Positions 55,478-64,000 of a stretch of DNA of 64,000 nt are shown piece by piece. Source of the DNA: Candidatus Omnitrophota bacterium (GTDB lineage: Bacteria > Omnitrophota > Gorgyraeia > Zapsychrales > Fredricksoniimonadaceae). Location: the NCBI GenBank assembly GCA_903908245.1, contig CAIVRE010000002.1, forward strand, positions 26,761 to 90,760. The letters are read 5' to 3'. Both the position numbers and the translations under genes were made by a program. Below the pieces are notes generated by a model. That model worked only from the letters and a program-made list of their open reading frames with translations. It ran no database searches and was not told the origin of the DNA. Within the stretch, counting starts at the first letter, position 1. Each line of letters begins with the position of its first letter.

Positions 55478-56539
55478 CTAAGCAGGATAAGATCCCAGCA
55501 CTTTCAGGAATTTACACATCCCCTCAAGCTTCCCGAGCGCCTTCTGCACCCGGGCATCATCCTTATGCCCCTCGAGATCCACAAAAAAATAATAATCCCA
55601 CGCCTTCTTCTTGATCGGGCGCGATTCAATGCGCGTCAGGTTAATTCCATTCTTCGCGAACGGCTCGAGCATCTTGTAAAGCACCCCGGCCTTGTCCTTG
55701 ATGGAAAAGACGATCGATGTACGGTCTCTTCCCGTCGGCAATGCCGACTGGCGGCCGATAATATAGAACCGTGTGGCATTATGCGCCACATCCTGGATAT
55801 TCGCCCGCAACACTTTCAGCCCATAGATACGGCCGCACTCCAGCGACGCCAGCGCGGCCGCATTCTTTTCGGCCGCCGCGGCCTTCGCCGCATCGGTCGT
55901 CGCCGCAACACTGATCTGCTTCACCCGCTCGGGCGGCATGTTGGCCAAAAGCCAGTTGCGGCACTGCGCCAGCACCTGGGGATTCGAATAGATCTTTCTT
56001 ATATCACCGGCCGGCCCGTTCGCCAGGAGATTATGCGAAACCCTGATCATCACCTGCGCGCAAACCTGAAGGTCAGATTCCGTCAAACGGTCCGCTGTAG
56101 GCGTGACCGAGCCTTCCACGGAATTCTCGATCGGCACAATACCATAATCACACTCGCCGTTCTCAACCGACAGGAACACGTCCGCAATACTGGCGCGCCC
56201 GCAATAATTCGCCTGGGAACCGAATTTATGGACCGCCGCGGCATAAGAATTGGACCCCTCCGCGCCAAGATAAGCAATGGACAGCGGCTTCTCGAGCGCG
56301 ATCGACGCCGACATGACCTCCCGGTACACCGCCTCGAAAGCCGCATAAGGCATCGGCCCTTTATTGAGCGACTTGATACGGTCAAGCACTTGCCGTTCAC
56401 GGTCAGGCGCATAGATCCCTTTATTACCCTTGATCTTTGCCTTGCCGACCGCAAGCGACACGGCCGCCCGGTCATTGAGCAACCGGACAATACGGGTGTC
56501 AATACTGTCGATCTTATTGCGCAGGTGCGTCAGGTCCAT
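55478..56539 (-). CDS. pheA: bifunctional chorismate mutase / prephenate dehydratase
   Basis: CM_2 domain, a PDT domain and a C-terminal ACT domain. Confidence 0.85.
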   Translation of the reverse strand: MDLTHLRNKIDSIDTRIVRLLNDRAAVSLAVGKAKIKGNKGIYAPDRERQVLDRIKSLNKGPMPYAAFEAVYREVMSASIALEKPLSIAYLGAEGSNSYAAAVHKFGSQANYCGRASIADVFLSVENGECDYGIVPIENSVEGSVTPTADRLTESDLQVCAQVMIRVSHNLLANGPAGDIRKIYSNPQVLAQCRNWLLANMPPERVKQISVAATTDAAKAAAAEKNAAALASLECGRIYGLKVLRANIQDVAHNATRFYIIGRQSALPTGRDRTSIVFSIKDKAGVLYKMLEPFAKNGINLTRIESRPIKKKAWDYYFFVDLEGHKDDARVQKALGKLEGMCKFLKVLGSYPA

Positions 56540-57263
56540 GTCCGCCCTCCCCGTTCTCTCCCATCAGCCTGGATTGGCCGCTGGATTCCCCCATCTGATC
56601 CGGCTCGATGAACTCCGGCATGAATTGTGTTTCCTTGAATGGTGCCTCAAGCGCCCCCTCGGCAACCGGTTCGACCGCAGCAGCCAAAGCCTCCGTGACC
56701 TGCGTGGAAGGCACTTCATTCTCCCTGGCCATAAGCGCAGGGAATTCTTCCAGCTTCGGCAAGTCTTCGAGCGAACGCAAACCGAAATATTCCAGGAATT
56801 GCGTGGTCGTACCGTACACATACGGCCGGCCGGGGACTTCCTTGCGGCCCGCGATCTTGATCAAACCCTTGTTAAGCAAATGCATCACCACGCCATCCGA
56901 ATTCACCCCGCGGATCACCTCCACATCCGTGCGCGAAACCGGCTGTTTATAGGCGATGATCGCCAGCGACTCCAGCGCCGGGCGGGAAAGCTTCTCTTTA
57001 TGGCGCGTCTTGTAAAATTCACGGATATACCCGGCATAGACCTGGCTGGATAACATCTGATACCCGTTCGCGATCTCGGCGATAACAATGCCCTTGCCCG
57101 CGCCGGAATAATCCGCCATCAGGGCTTTGACAGCTTCTTTGAGGTCCGCGCCCTGCGACCCGGGGATCGCATCCTTCAGCTGGTCGATGGTCACAGGCTT
57201 TTCACTCACGAACAGAAGCGCTTCTGCCGCGCCCTTGAGATGATCTAACTGGATCCCGTCCAT
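56514..57263 (-). CDS. scpB: segregation and condensation protein B
   Basis: ScpB winged-helix repeats (EALLFVSEKPVT..., RPALESLAIIAYKQPVSR). Confidence 0.8.
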   Translation of the reverse strand: MDGIQLDHLKGAAEALLFVSEKPVTIDQLKDAIPGSQGADLKEAVKALMADYSGAGKGIVIAEIANGYQMLSSQVYAGYIREFYKTRHKEKLSRPALESLAIIAYKQPVSRTDVEVIRGVNSDGVVMHLLNKGLIKIAGRKEVPGRPYVYGTTTQFLEYFGLRSLEDLPKLEEFPALMARENEVPSTQVTEALAAAVEPVAEGALEAPFKETQFMPEFIEPDQMGESSGQSRLMGENGEGGHGPDAPAQ

Positions 57264-57889
57264 TATTGCGCCGCCTTTTGTGAATAAATGGTGTTCAACA
57301 ATTCTTCGGTGGAAGCGATCGCGCCGTTACGTTCCAGCGCCTTTGCGATCATCGCCTCGGCCTCGGCCTTTTTATACTGCAACTGCATCAGCACCTCGAC
57401 CGCCTCATCCTTAAAAGCCGATGCCGTTGATATATCTCTTTTGACCCCGGTATCCGGGATGAGCCCGAACCGGCTCACCTTGCCCTGCAGCTTCGCAATG
57501 ATATCCCGCGCTTTCTGCTGGCCGATCCCGGGTAATGTTTTCAAATACGCGATATCGCCCCTGTCAATAGCGGCCGCGATCTCGCTGATGGAACGGTCCA
57601 GTGCTTTCACTGCGGCCCGTGGGCCTATCCCCGACACCGAAATGAACTGCAAAAAGAAATCTTTTTCAAGGTCATTGAGGAACCCGACCAGAATGGGTGT
57701 CGCGCTTGAAGGGGTCATCTGATAATAATGGTGCGTGACCAGCGTAATGGTGCCGTCCGCGGCCTTGTGCGCGTTCAGCCGCTGGGCCACCGATGCGGGG
57801 ATGATCACCTCATAAAAAATCCCGCCGGCATCCAGGACAACGGCGAGATCTTTAAGCTCAGCGACTTTACCTTTAACTCGGGCGATCAT
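57263..57889 (-). CDS. ruvA: Holliday junction branch migration protein RuvA
   Basis: MIARVKGKV...; helix-hairpin-helix motifs (ISVSGIGPRAA, LKTLPGIGQQKARDI). Confidence 0.9.
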   Translation of the reverse strand: MIARVKGKVAELKDLAVVLDAGGIFYEVIIPASVAQRLNAHKAADGTITLVTHHYYQMTPSSATPILVGFLNDLEKDFFLQFISVSGIGPRAAVKALDRSISEIAAAIDRGDIAYLKTLPGIGQQKARDIIAKLQGKVSRFGLIPDTGVKRDISTASAFKDEAVEVLMQLQYKKAEAEAMIAKALERNGAIASTEELLNTIYSQKAAQ

Positions 57890-58368
57890 TTCAACACTCG
57901 GCTCATTGACGCATGCCCCATCGCGAGCGCCAGCGCGTCGGACGCGTCCAGCGTAAGGCGTGCGGGATCAATATTAAGAAAACCTGCCACCACGCGCTGC
58001 GTCTGAAGCTTGGTGGCATTCCCGTTGCCCACCACCGCCTTGCGAACGCGTTTGACGCTCAATTCCACCAGTTCGATATTCTGTTCGGCACATACCAGGC
58101 AGATCACGCCGCGGGTATGCCCCATCACGGACGCTGTTACCGGATGCGCGTGATGCGAATATATTTTCTCAAGCACCAGGACATCGGGCTTGCAAGACTT
58201 GACAATATCCGTCAAATACCGGTGTATCTTAAAGAGCTTCTGCGCCAGGATGTCTTTGGGGTTCGGCGTAATGGTCCCCACATCCACCGCCTTCGGCCGG
58301 CCGCCTTGCACATCAACCACGCCATATCCCGTGGCTTTCAGCCCCGGATCAACGCCCATCACTCTCAT
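57886..58368 (-). CDS. ruvC: crossover junction endodeoxyribonuclease RuvC
   Basis: MRVMGVDPGLKATGYGVV. Confidence 0.9.
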   Translation of the reverse strand: MRVMGVDPGLKATGYGVVDVQGGRPKAVDVGTITPNPKDILAQKLFKIHRYLTDIVKSCKPDVLVLEKIYSHHAHPVTASVMGHTRGVICLVCAEQNIELVELSVKRVRKAVVGNGNATKLQTQRVVAGFLNIDPARLTLDASDALALAMGHASMSRVLK

Positions 58369-58370
58369 TA

Positions 58371-59120
58371 TTACTCGCCCAGCGCGGCCATCTCTTCATC
58401 AGAGATGTCGAAATTGGCGTAAACATTCTGCACATCTTCGTTTTCTTCCAGGACCTCGACCAACGCGAGGATATTCTTGGCCTCCGGGCCCTTGACTTCT
58501 TTTAACATCGTCGGGATCATGGTGACCTCGGCCGACTTCATTGCCACACCCTTCTTCTCAAGCGCGCTGCGCACTCCTTCAAACGCAATAGGCTCTGTCG
58601 TGACCTCATAAACATCGCCTTCGATCTTCATATCCTCAGCGCCAGCCTCCAATACCAGGTCCATCAAAGCACCCTCTTCGATCGTTTTGGTCTCGATCAC
58701 AATAAGCCCTTTTTTATTAAAAAGGAACGCCACGGAACCGGGAGTCGCCAGCGCGCCATTCTTGCGGGTCAGCGCAGTACGGACCTCGGCTGTTGTCCGG
58801 TTCTTGTTGTCGGTCAAACCTTCAATGAAAAGGGCTACTCCGCCGGGAGCGTAGGCATCAAAAGTAAAGGATTCATAAATAACCCCTTCACCGCCGCCGA
58901 CACCCTTCTTGATAGCGTTCTCGACATTGGAACCAGGCATGCCGATGCCGCGCGCGCGGGTCATCGCCATACGCAAACGCGGATTCGTATCCGGGTCTCC
59001 GCCGCCTTCTTTCGCGGCCGTCGTGATCTCGCGCGCCACCTTGGTGAACATGGCTCCGCGCTTCGAGTCCGTGATCGCTTTCTTATGTTTGATCTTTGCC
59101 CATTTTGAGTGACCTGACAT
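58371..59120 (-). CDS. YebC/PmpR-family transcriptional regulator
   Basis: MSGHSKWAKIKHKKAITDSKRG. Confidence 0.9.
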   Translation of the reverse strand: MSGHSKWAKIKHKKAITDSKRGAMFTKVAREITTAAKEGGGDPDTNPRLRMAMTRARGIGMPGSNVENAIKKGVGGGEGVIYESFTFDAYAPGGVALFIEGLTDNKNRTTAEVRTALTRKNGALATPGSVAFLFNKKGLIVIETKTIEEGALMDLVLEAGAEDMKIEGDVYEVTTEPIAFEGVRSALEKKGVAMKSAEVTMIPTMLKEVKGPEAKNILALVEVLEENEDVQNVYANFDISDEEMAALGE

Positions 59121-59162
59121 TGCACTGCCTCCGTTATGCTTTTAATAAAAACTTTAAACAAA

Positions 59163-59530
59163 AAAGAATCAAACCATTTAAGCCGAGTTCTGTTCTTCCC
59201 GTTAAAGGAAGGACGGCCATCTGACTTACTCCCCCGGTTGCCCGTGGGACTCTTGCGGCCTACCCGAAGACACGAAGCGGGTCACCTCGCTCCTTTTTGC
59301 CAAAGGACGTCTTCTATTTGGCCTTGCTCCATGCAGAGATTGCCGCGTTTCACTTCCTCCGCCCGAAAGCGGATTCTTCGTCGCTGTGGCTCTGATCCCG
59401 AAGGAAGCTCCTACAATTTCTCATAGAAAAGCTTCCGTAGGTCCCGGATTAGCGGGATGCATCACCCTCTGGAGCTCGGACTTTCCTCCCCGATGAAAAA
59501 TACATCAGGGCGGCCGTCATGGCTTGATCC
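59163..59530 (-). ncRNA. rnpB: RNase P RNA, bacterial type A
   Basis: Minus strand has a P4 element GGAGGAAAGTCCGAGCTCC. It also has GGAGCAAGGCCAAATAGAAGACG and ACAGAACTCGGCTTA. The P1 strands are GGATCAAGCCAT at the 5' end and ATGGTTTGATTC at the 3' end. Confidence 0.85.
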
Positions 59531-59929
59531 TTTATCTTTTTTAAGAGCGGATGTTGCCAGGCGGTCGGCTTGCGCGTTCTCCTCCCGCGGCACCACTTTA
59601 CATTCCACTTTCCTGAAATTCTTGAGCAACGCCATCGCCTCTTCATAAAGAGGCTTCATGTTCGGGTGCTTGACCTTGTAATCGCCCTTCAGCTGAAAAT
59701 ACAACAACTGGCTGTCGGTGCGCAGCTGGACATGCTCGGCGCCCAGCGTTTTTGCCTCCTGAAGCCCGCGGATGAACGCGCGGTATTCGGCGATATTATT
59801 GGTGGCCTGCCCGATCGCTTCGGAAACTTCACGGACCACCACGCCATTTTCCGTAATATGGACCCCGATCCCCGCCGGGCCGGGATTACCGCTGCAAGCT
59901 CCGTCCGAAAAGATCGTGAAAACCCTCAT
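59462..59929 (-). CDS. rnhA: ribonuclease HI
   Basis: Starts MRVFTIFSDGACSGNPGPAGIGV. The ORF tail runs about 70 nt into the predicted 5' end of rnpB. Confidence 0.8.
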   Translation of the reverse strand: MRVFTIFSDGACSGNPGPAGIGVHITENGVVVREVSEAIGQATNNIAEYRAFIRGLQEAKTLGAEHVQLRTDSQLLYFQLKGDYKVKHPNMKPLYEEAMALLKNFRKVECKVVPREENAQADRLATSALKKDKGSSHDGRPDVFFIGEESPSSRG

Positions 59930-59930
59930 T

Positions 59931-60656
59931 TTACAGGTCTTCCTGAAGGTATTGCAGGCGCGCGCAGATCTCGCAGCGCACCAGCACATCGTACATCTTG
60001 ATCTTGTTGATCACCTGGGCAGGAAGATGCATGAAACACCCGCCGCAGGCATTATTAACGATCGGGACGATCGCAACCCCGTCACGATTCTCGACGATCC
60101 GCTCGTAAAGCGCCAGCGGTTCCTTTTCAACCGTGACCATGACCTCGCGGCGGCGCGATTCCAGCCCGCTGGAATCCTCGGTCAACTTCTGGACCGCGGC
60201 ATCGACCTTCTCCTTTTCGGCAAGATACTTTTTCTCCTCGCCGTCAACAACGATCTTTTCCGCATCGATCTGCTTTAAGACCTTCTCGGATTCCTCCATC
60301 AATTTCAGGACATCTTCCTCGATCGCCGCCTTGTCGACCTTCATGTTCTCGATCTCAAAAAGGCGGGCCTGGTACTCCCTGTTGCTCTTAAGCTGCATCA
60401 ACGATCCGTCCGCCTTGATGATATCCTGTTCTTTGGATTTAAGGTCGAGCTCCTTGGCCTTGCGCGCGAGTTCAAGTTCTTTCGCGCGGGCTTCAAACTT
60501 GTGCAGCAGCTCTTTCTTGTTATCAAAGTGCAGCTTGATCTGGGCAAGCTCTTCCGGCTTCTGACGGATCTCACGGCGGAAAGCGAACAACTCCTCATCA
60601 ATCTTCTGGATCGCAACAAGCTTGCGGATAACTTCCTTTACATTCTGAGCGACCAC
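59931..60656 (-). CDS. zinc-ribbon / coiled-coil protein (COG1579 / DUF164 family)
   Basis: Long coiled coil, then CGGCFMHLPAQ...CEIC, which forms a C4 zinc ribbon. Confidence 0.7.
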   Translation of the reverse strand: MVAQNVKEVIRKLVAIQKIDEELFAFRREIRQKPEELAQIKLHFDNKKELLHKFEARAKELELARKAKELDLKSKEQDIIKADGSLMQLKSNREYQARLFEIENMKVDKAAIEEDVLKLMEESEKVLKQIDAEKIVVDGEEKKYLAEKEKVDAAVQKLTEDSSGLESRRREVMVTVEKEPLALYERIVENRDGVAIVPIVNNACGGCFMHLPAQVINKIKMYDVLVRCEICARLQYLQEDL

Positions 60657-60708
60657 GATCTGCCTTTCGGGTGAACAATTAATGCTTTGTTATTCTAAAG
60701 AAAAAAGA

Positions 60709-60786
60709 TGGTGGACACAGAAGGACTTGAACCTTCGACCTCTGCCATGTGAGGGCAACGCTCTAACCAAACTGAGCTATGTGTCC
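60709..60786 (-). tRNA. tRNA-Val (anticodon CAC), CCA encoded
   Basis: Reverse complement GGACACATAGCTCAGTTTGGTTAGAGCGTTGCCCTCACATGGCAGAGGTCGAAGGTTCAAGTCCTTCTGTGTCCACCA. Confidence 0.8.
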
Positions 60787-60813
60787 ACGAAATTGAAGAA
60801 ATCTTTTCAAAAC

Positions 60814-60887
60814 TGGGCCCACCAGGACTCGAACCTGGGACCAAGAGATTATGAGTCTCCTGCTCTAACCGACTGAGCTATAGGCCC
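60814..60887 (-). tRNA. tRNA with CAU anticodon (elongator Met or lysidine-modified Ile2)
   Basis: Reverse complement GGGCCTATAGCTCAGTCGGTTAGAGCAGGAGACTCATAATCTCTTGGTCCCAGGTTCGAGTCCTGGTGGGCCCA. It closely resembles E. coli ileX. It is not an initiator tRNA, as there is no three-G:C anticodon stem. Confidence 0.75.
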
Positions 60888-61036
60888 GAAGTTTTTTGCC
60901 CAAAAAATGTCCTAAAAGCATATCACAGCGGCTTTATATTTTCAACGAACAATATTCCAGGCAGCCTGACACGACATTCTTGGTGAATGCCGTGTCAGTG
61001 CCCGAAGATCAGGCAATTTCTTTCTTGGACGGGAAT

Positions 61037-63841
61037 TTAAAAAACAAGGCTCTGGATCGGCACAATGCTCCGGATAATGGGTGTAAGGCCGGTGAAATCC
61101 CCTTTCCGGAACTGCGCGATCATTGCCGGGTCGAATTGCATCAGGACCGCATTGCCGGTCTCGGCCAGGTCCATTTTCCCGGCATTCAGGTCAATACCAC
61201 CCACCGCATTCTCGGCAGGAGCGGCAAGAACGACCTGTTTGTTCATAAGCAAACCGGTAAAAGGCACTTTGTCCGCAAAAACCAACGAAGGGATCCGGTC
61301 ACCAACGACTTTCTGATACGCGGCCTTCTCTCCATCAGTCATCAGGGCGCTGGTCGCATAGACGTGCACCTGTCCAAGATCTTCCGGCGAAAACGTATCC
61401 GCCATCCATCCAACCAGGTCAGGACCGTTAACCCCGGGTCCACCCATATCTGTATCAGTAATAACCGCGGCAAGGCGGGCGCGGGCATCTGCCGTTCCAA
61501 GGAAGTCCTGTGCTTCCTTCATGTTGCTGACTATCACTATCTTGACTTGGAAGTCGGAATAGTTCGCTTCAATGACCAACTCCAGCATATCCCGTACTTG
61601 TTCATCACCATCAACAACAAGGACCGTTCTACGTGCGACCTTTTCTGCAGGATCGTAAGAATTGATCCTTCCCGCGACACCCGTGTTCTTAGCCCGGGCG
61701 AAAGAAGCCCCTTTTAACGCGGCCAATTTCTCGGCAACGAATGCCCCCAGCCACGGAAGGTCTTTCAGGCGCTGATCATTACTATAAAAGTCCCCATGCC
61801 CGGTCACCCGGCCATCCTGAAAAGTCAGGCTGACATATCCTTTATAATACTGCTGCTCCTCATTGGCCGCCTGTTCGGCCGGCCGGACAATAATATCATA
61901 AATAATATTACCGTCTTTCAACGAATCAACAGTACCGGAACTGATCCTGAAAATAACATCAAAAGCCTCGGCAGAACTGAACACCCGGGTATCGATCCGG
62001 CCGCCTTCCTGGACAAGGGCCGAACGGCGTATGGCCTGCTGCTCGGCTTCCGGATAAGACAATTTCTTGCTCCACCCGAACCGGGCGACCAGCTCTCCGC
62101 CGCGCAAAGTCTGTTCCCATTCACCCACAACTTTCTCGGACGGATCCGCCACAACTTCAATGCGCTCGGGATGCTCCTTGGCAGTCAGCTCGAAACGGTA
62201 TGTCTTCGCCGGCATGTTCTTGTCGCTAATGAAAATAACTTCCGGCTGCGGCTTGTGATAAACAACTTTATATTTCTTCCCCTGACGGACAAAGGCCTGC
62301 GCGTTGGCAATAGCCTCATCCAGGCGCTCCGTTGAAAAGGCCGCCAGCCAGAACGCATTCCCCCACCCCCCCAAAGACTTGTCAGGATCATTCTCAATGA
62401 TCGCGTCAGACGGTAAACTCTCTTTGGCGAAAGCATACCTGGCCTTGACCTCCGGATCATTAAGGAGCGCCGCACGCCCGGAAACAACCTGCCGTTCCAC
62501 ATCCCGCGCGATCGCAAAAACATCAACCGCCTTCGCGGCCGCATCAGGGCCGTCCGCTTCACGCCGCTCCGCCAGGCCGGGTAATGTCCCCTTTTCGGCC
62601 ATTCGCGCCAACCGCTCGTCCCTGCGGGCTGTTTCCATACGGCGGCGATCCCCGGCATTGGCCAATGCCTCAGGGTCCACATTCGGCCGCCGGATGGCGC
62701 GCCGTGAAGCGTCCATTGGAGCAACCTCCACCTCAACATTAACAAGGTCCCCGGCCTTCGCGGCCGCATCGCCCGGCGCCTGCGCAAAAGAAACATCCGA
62801 CGGCTTCACCACACCGCCGGAAAAATACTTGCGCGGAACAACATCCCCCGATGCCTGGTCCACCTCTTCCTTGATGTAATTGAACGCCCCCTTCTTGAAG
62901 GCTTCCACATACCTCAGGTATATCTGCTGCGGATCGATCTTCCCGCCGCGCTCGATCCCGGCCATTTTGTTCTTGTCCGCGTAAACCTGGGACAACAGCG
63001 CCGCTTTTAAATTCTTCTTGTACCATGTTGCCAGGATCATGCTGTGGAAGATCTGCCGCAAGACCGCAAAATTCTTTCCGGCATTGACCTCTTTCTCGAG
63101 CTCCGGAAGCACGATCTCACGAATGATCTGCTTGGAGATCTCGGACACATCCTTCTCCGGCTTGTCTCCGGCGCCAGGGCGTCCCGCTTCGGCTTTCTGC
63201 ATGGCAAGATAATCCGACTCAAGCATGACCTTCAAATGACTGTTCGCAACATAGGCCGTATTCCCCCGGACATAGACCGCCGCACTATCGGCGGTTACCC
63301 AAACCTTGTTAAAAACATCCATTGGGACATCGGTCACTCCGTACTCTTTACGGGCGCGCTCGTAAACACGGGCCCAGAAAGTCCTGCCAAGCTCTTTTTC
63401 AGGATAAATAAGTGAAGACGTGATCTGTTTAAGAAGATAATCCTGGGCGAGCATATCCCGGCCCATCGCGGTTTGCCCCAATTCCTCAGAGACGATCCTG
63501 TCGGATTCATAAGGCGAAAGGTTCACCCACTGGTCCTTGTCCGGGATGGTCATGGATGCCAGAAAATACTTGACGAGCTCCTGGGATTCCTGCGCCAGCC
63601 GCGGATCCTCCCCGTTGGCCGAAAGGCCGGTATTACCGGTATCAACAATGAAATTGAACAGGAACGGATCTTCGGGATGGACCGTAATGCCCTTGAGAAT
63701 GACCGGAACGAACGCCGCGCTTTGGCTGACCAGCGTCCCCGGTTCAGGAAGGATCATGCCCTGGGCATAGGACAACTCGGGCCCGAAAGACAACAAAAGG
63801 ACCAACAACAAAGAAAGGCAGCGACGCAGAGGATTTAACAT
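61037..63841 (-). CDS. large secreted protein with C-terminal receiver (REC)-like domain
   Basis: Signal peptide MLNPLRRCLSLLLVLLLSFGPELSYA, then about 780 aa with no recognisable motif. The C-terminal region has receiver-like positions VLVVDGDEQ, AVITDTDMGG, HVYATS and FADKVPF. Confidence 0.6.
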   Translation of the reverse strand: MLNPLRRCLSLLLVLLLSFGPELSYAQGMILPEPGTLVSQSAAFVPVILKGITVHPEDPFLFNFIVDTGNTGLSANGEDPRLAQESQELVKYFLASMTIPDKDQWVNLSPYESDRIVSEELGQTAMGRDMLAQDYLLKQITSSLIYPEKELGRTFWARVYERARKEYGVTDVPMDVFNKVWVTADSAAVYVRGNTAYVANSHLKVMLESDYLAMQKAEAGRPGAGDKPEKDVSEISKQIIREIVLPELEKEVNAGKNFAVLRQIFHSMILATWYKKNLKAALLSQVYADKNKMAGIERGGKIDPQQIYLRYVEAFKKGAFNYIKEEVDQASGDVVPRKYFSGGVVKPSDVSFAQAPGDAAAKAGDLVNVEVEVAPMDASRRAIRRPNVDPEALANAGDRRRMETARRDERLARMAEKGTLPGLAERREADGPDAAAKAVDVFAIARDVERQVVSGRAALLNDPEVKARYAFAKESLPSDAIIENDPDKSLGGWGNAFWLAAFSTERLDEAIANAQAFVRQGKKYKVVYHKPQPEVIFISDKNMPAKTYRFELTAKEHPERIEVVADPSEKVVGEWEQTLRGGELVARFGWSKKLSYPEAEQQAIRRSALVQEGGRIDTRVFSSAEAFDVIFRISSGTVDSLKDGNIIYDIIVRPAEQAANEEQQYYKGYVSLTFQDGRVTGHGDFYSNDQRLKDLPWLGAFVAEKLAALKGASFARAKNTGVAGRINSYDPAEKVARRTVLVVDGDEQVRDMLELVIEANYSDFQVKIVIVSNMKEAQDFLGTADARARLAAVITDTDMGGPGVNGPDLVGWMADTFSPEDLGQVHVYATSALMTDGEKAAYQKVVGDRIPSLVFADKVPFTGLLMNKQVVLAAPAENAVGGIDLNAGKMDLAETGNAVLMQFDPAMIAQFRKGDFTGLTPIIRSIVPIQSLVF

Positions 63842-64000
63842 TATATTTCCTTATGTGTTTGGTTTTTTAAATACTGCCACTAATAACTATTACATAATGG
63901 AAAATATAACATATGAATCGGCATTCTGCCATGTGGGAGGAAAAATCGGCTTCAAACATCAGCCATTCATTAACGGATGACCTGGAACACCTTATGGATG

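Noticed and set aside
63911-64000. Possible plus-strand ORF starting at ATGAATCGG and running off the window end
   Set aside because: Only 30 codons are visible, with no convincing Shine-Dalgarno and no recognisable motif. I cannot tell a divergent gene from chance.

Overview
This 64 kb window is a bacterial chromosomal segment of about 55% GC. Every gene I can support lies on the minus strand; no convincing plus-strand gene is present. The window begins with the rpoB / rpoC (3'-truncated) ribosomal-protein/RNA-polymerase core and ends with a large secreted protein, with anabolic, pilus and cell-envelope genes in between.

- **Minus-strand gene order, reading from high to low coordinates in the first ~12 kb:** tyrS, tRNA-Thr, rpmG, tRNA-Trp, secE, nusG, rplK, rplA, rplJ, rplL, rpoB, rpoC (3'-truncated by the window edge).
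- **Core genes further along:** rpsA, an outer-membrane beta-barrel protein, a YezD-like protein with metY and an Rrf2 regulator, plsC, a PMM/PGM-family mutase, nadD, proA, proB, obg and rplU.
- **Type IV pilus locus:** pilQ, pilP, pilO, pilN, pilM, a pilin (pilA), a secreted coiled-coil protein, pilC, two tandem PilB-like ATPases, and two stand-alone MshEN/T2SSE_N-domain proteins.
- **Envelope and signalling genes:** rodA preceded by a small Cys-rich membrane peptide, a secreted Memo-AMMECR1 fusion, a MauE/DoxX-type protein, DsbA, two CheY-like receivers flanking a CheX/CheC-like protein, several lipoproteins including an LpoB-like one, and a SPOR-domain protein.
- **Further genes toward the high end:** a DEDDh exonuclease, a PfkB kinase, plsY, pgsA, lepB, lepA, cmk, tyrA, a DAHP synthase, hisC, pheA, scpB, ruvA, ruvC, a YebC-family regulator, the RNase P RNA, rnhA, a COG1579 zinc-ribbon protein, tRNA-Val and a CAU-anticodon tRNA.
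- **Last gene:** a 934-aa secreted protein with a C-terminal receiver domain.

The main unexplained signals are:
- A conserved ~85-nt upstream element in three copies, at the 5' side of pgm, rng and pilA.
- Two AT-rich perfect inverted repeats with compensatory arm changes, each placed just before a ribosome-binding site.
- Two copies of a GC-rich palindrome that embeds a Shine-Dalgarno sequence.
- A secreted Memo-AMMECR1 fusion operon that also encodes a disulfide-formation pair and a Cys-rich peptide.
- A pilus locus with two PilB paralogs and two stand-alone MshEN-like proteins coupled by TAATG overlaps.
- A large signal-peptide protein with a C-terminal receiver domain.
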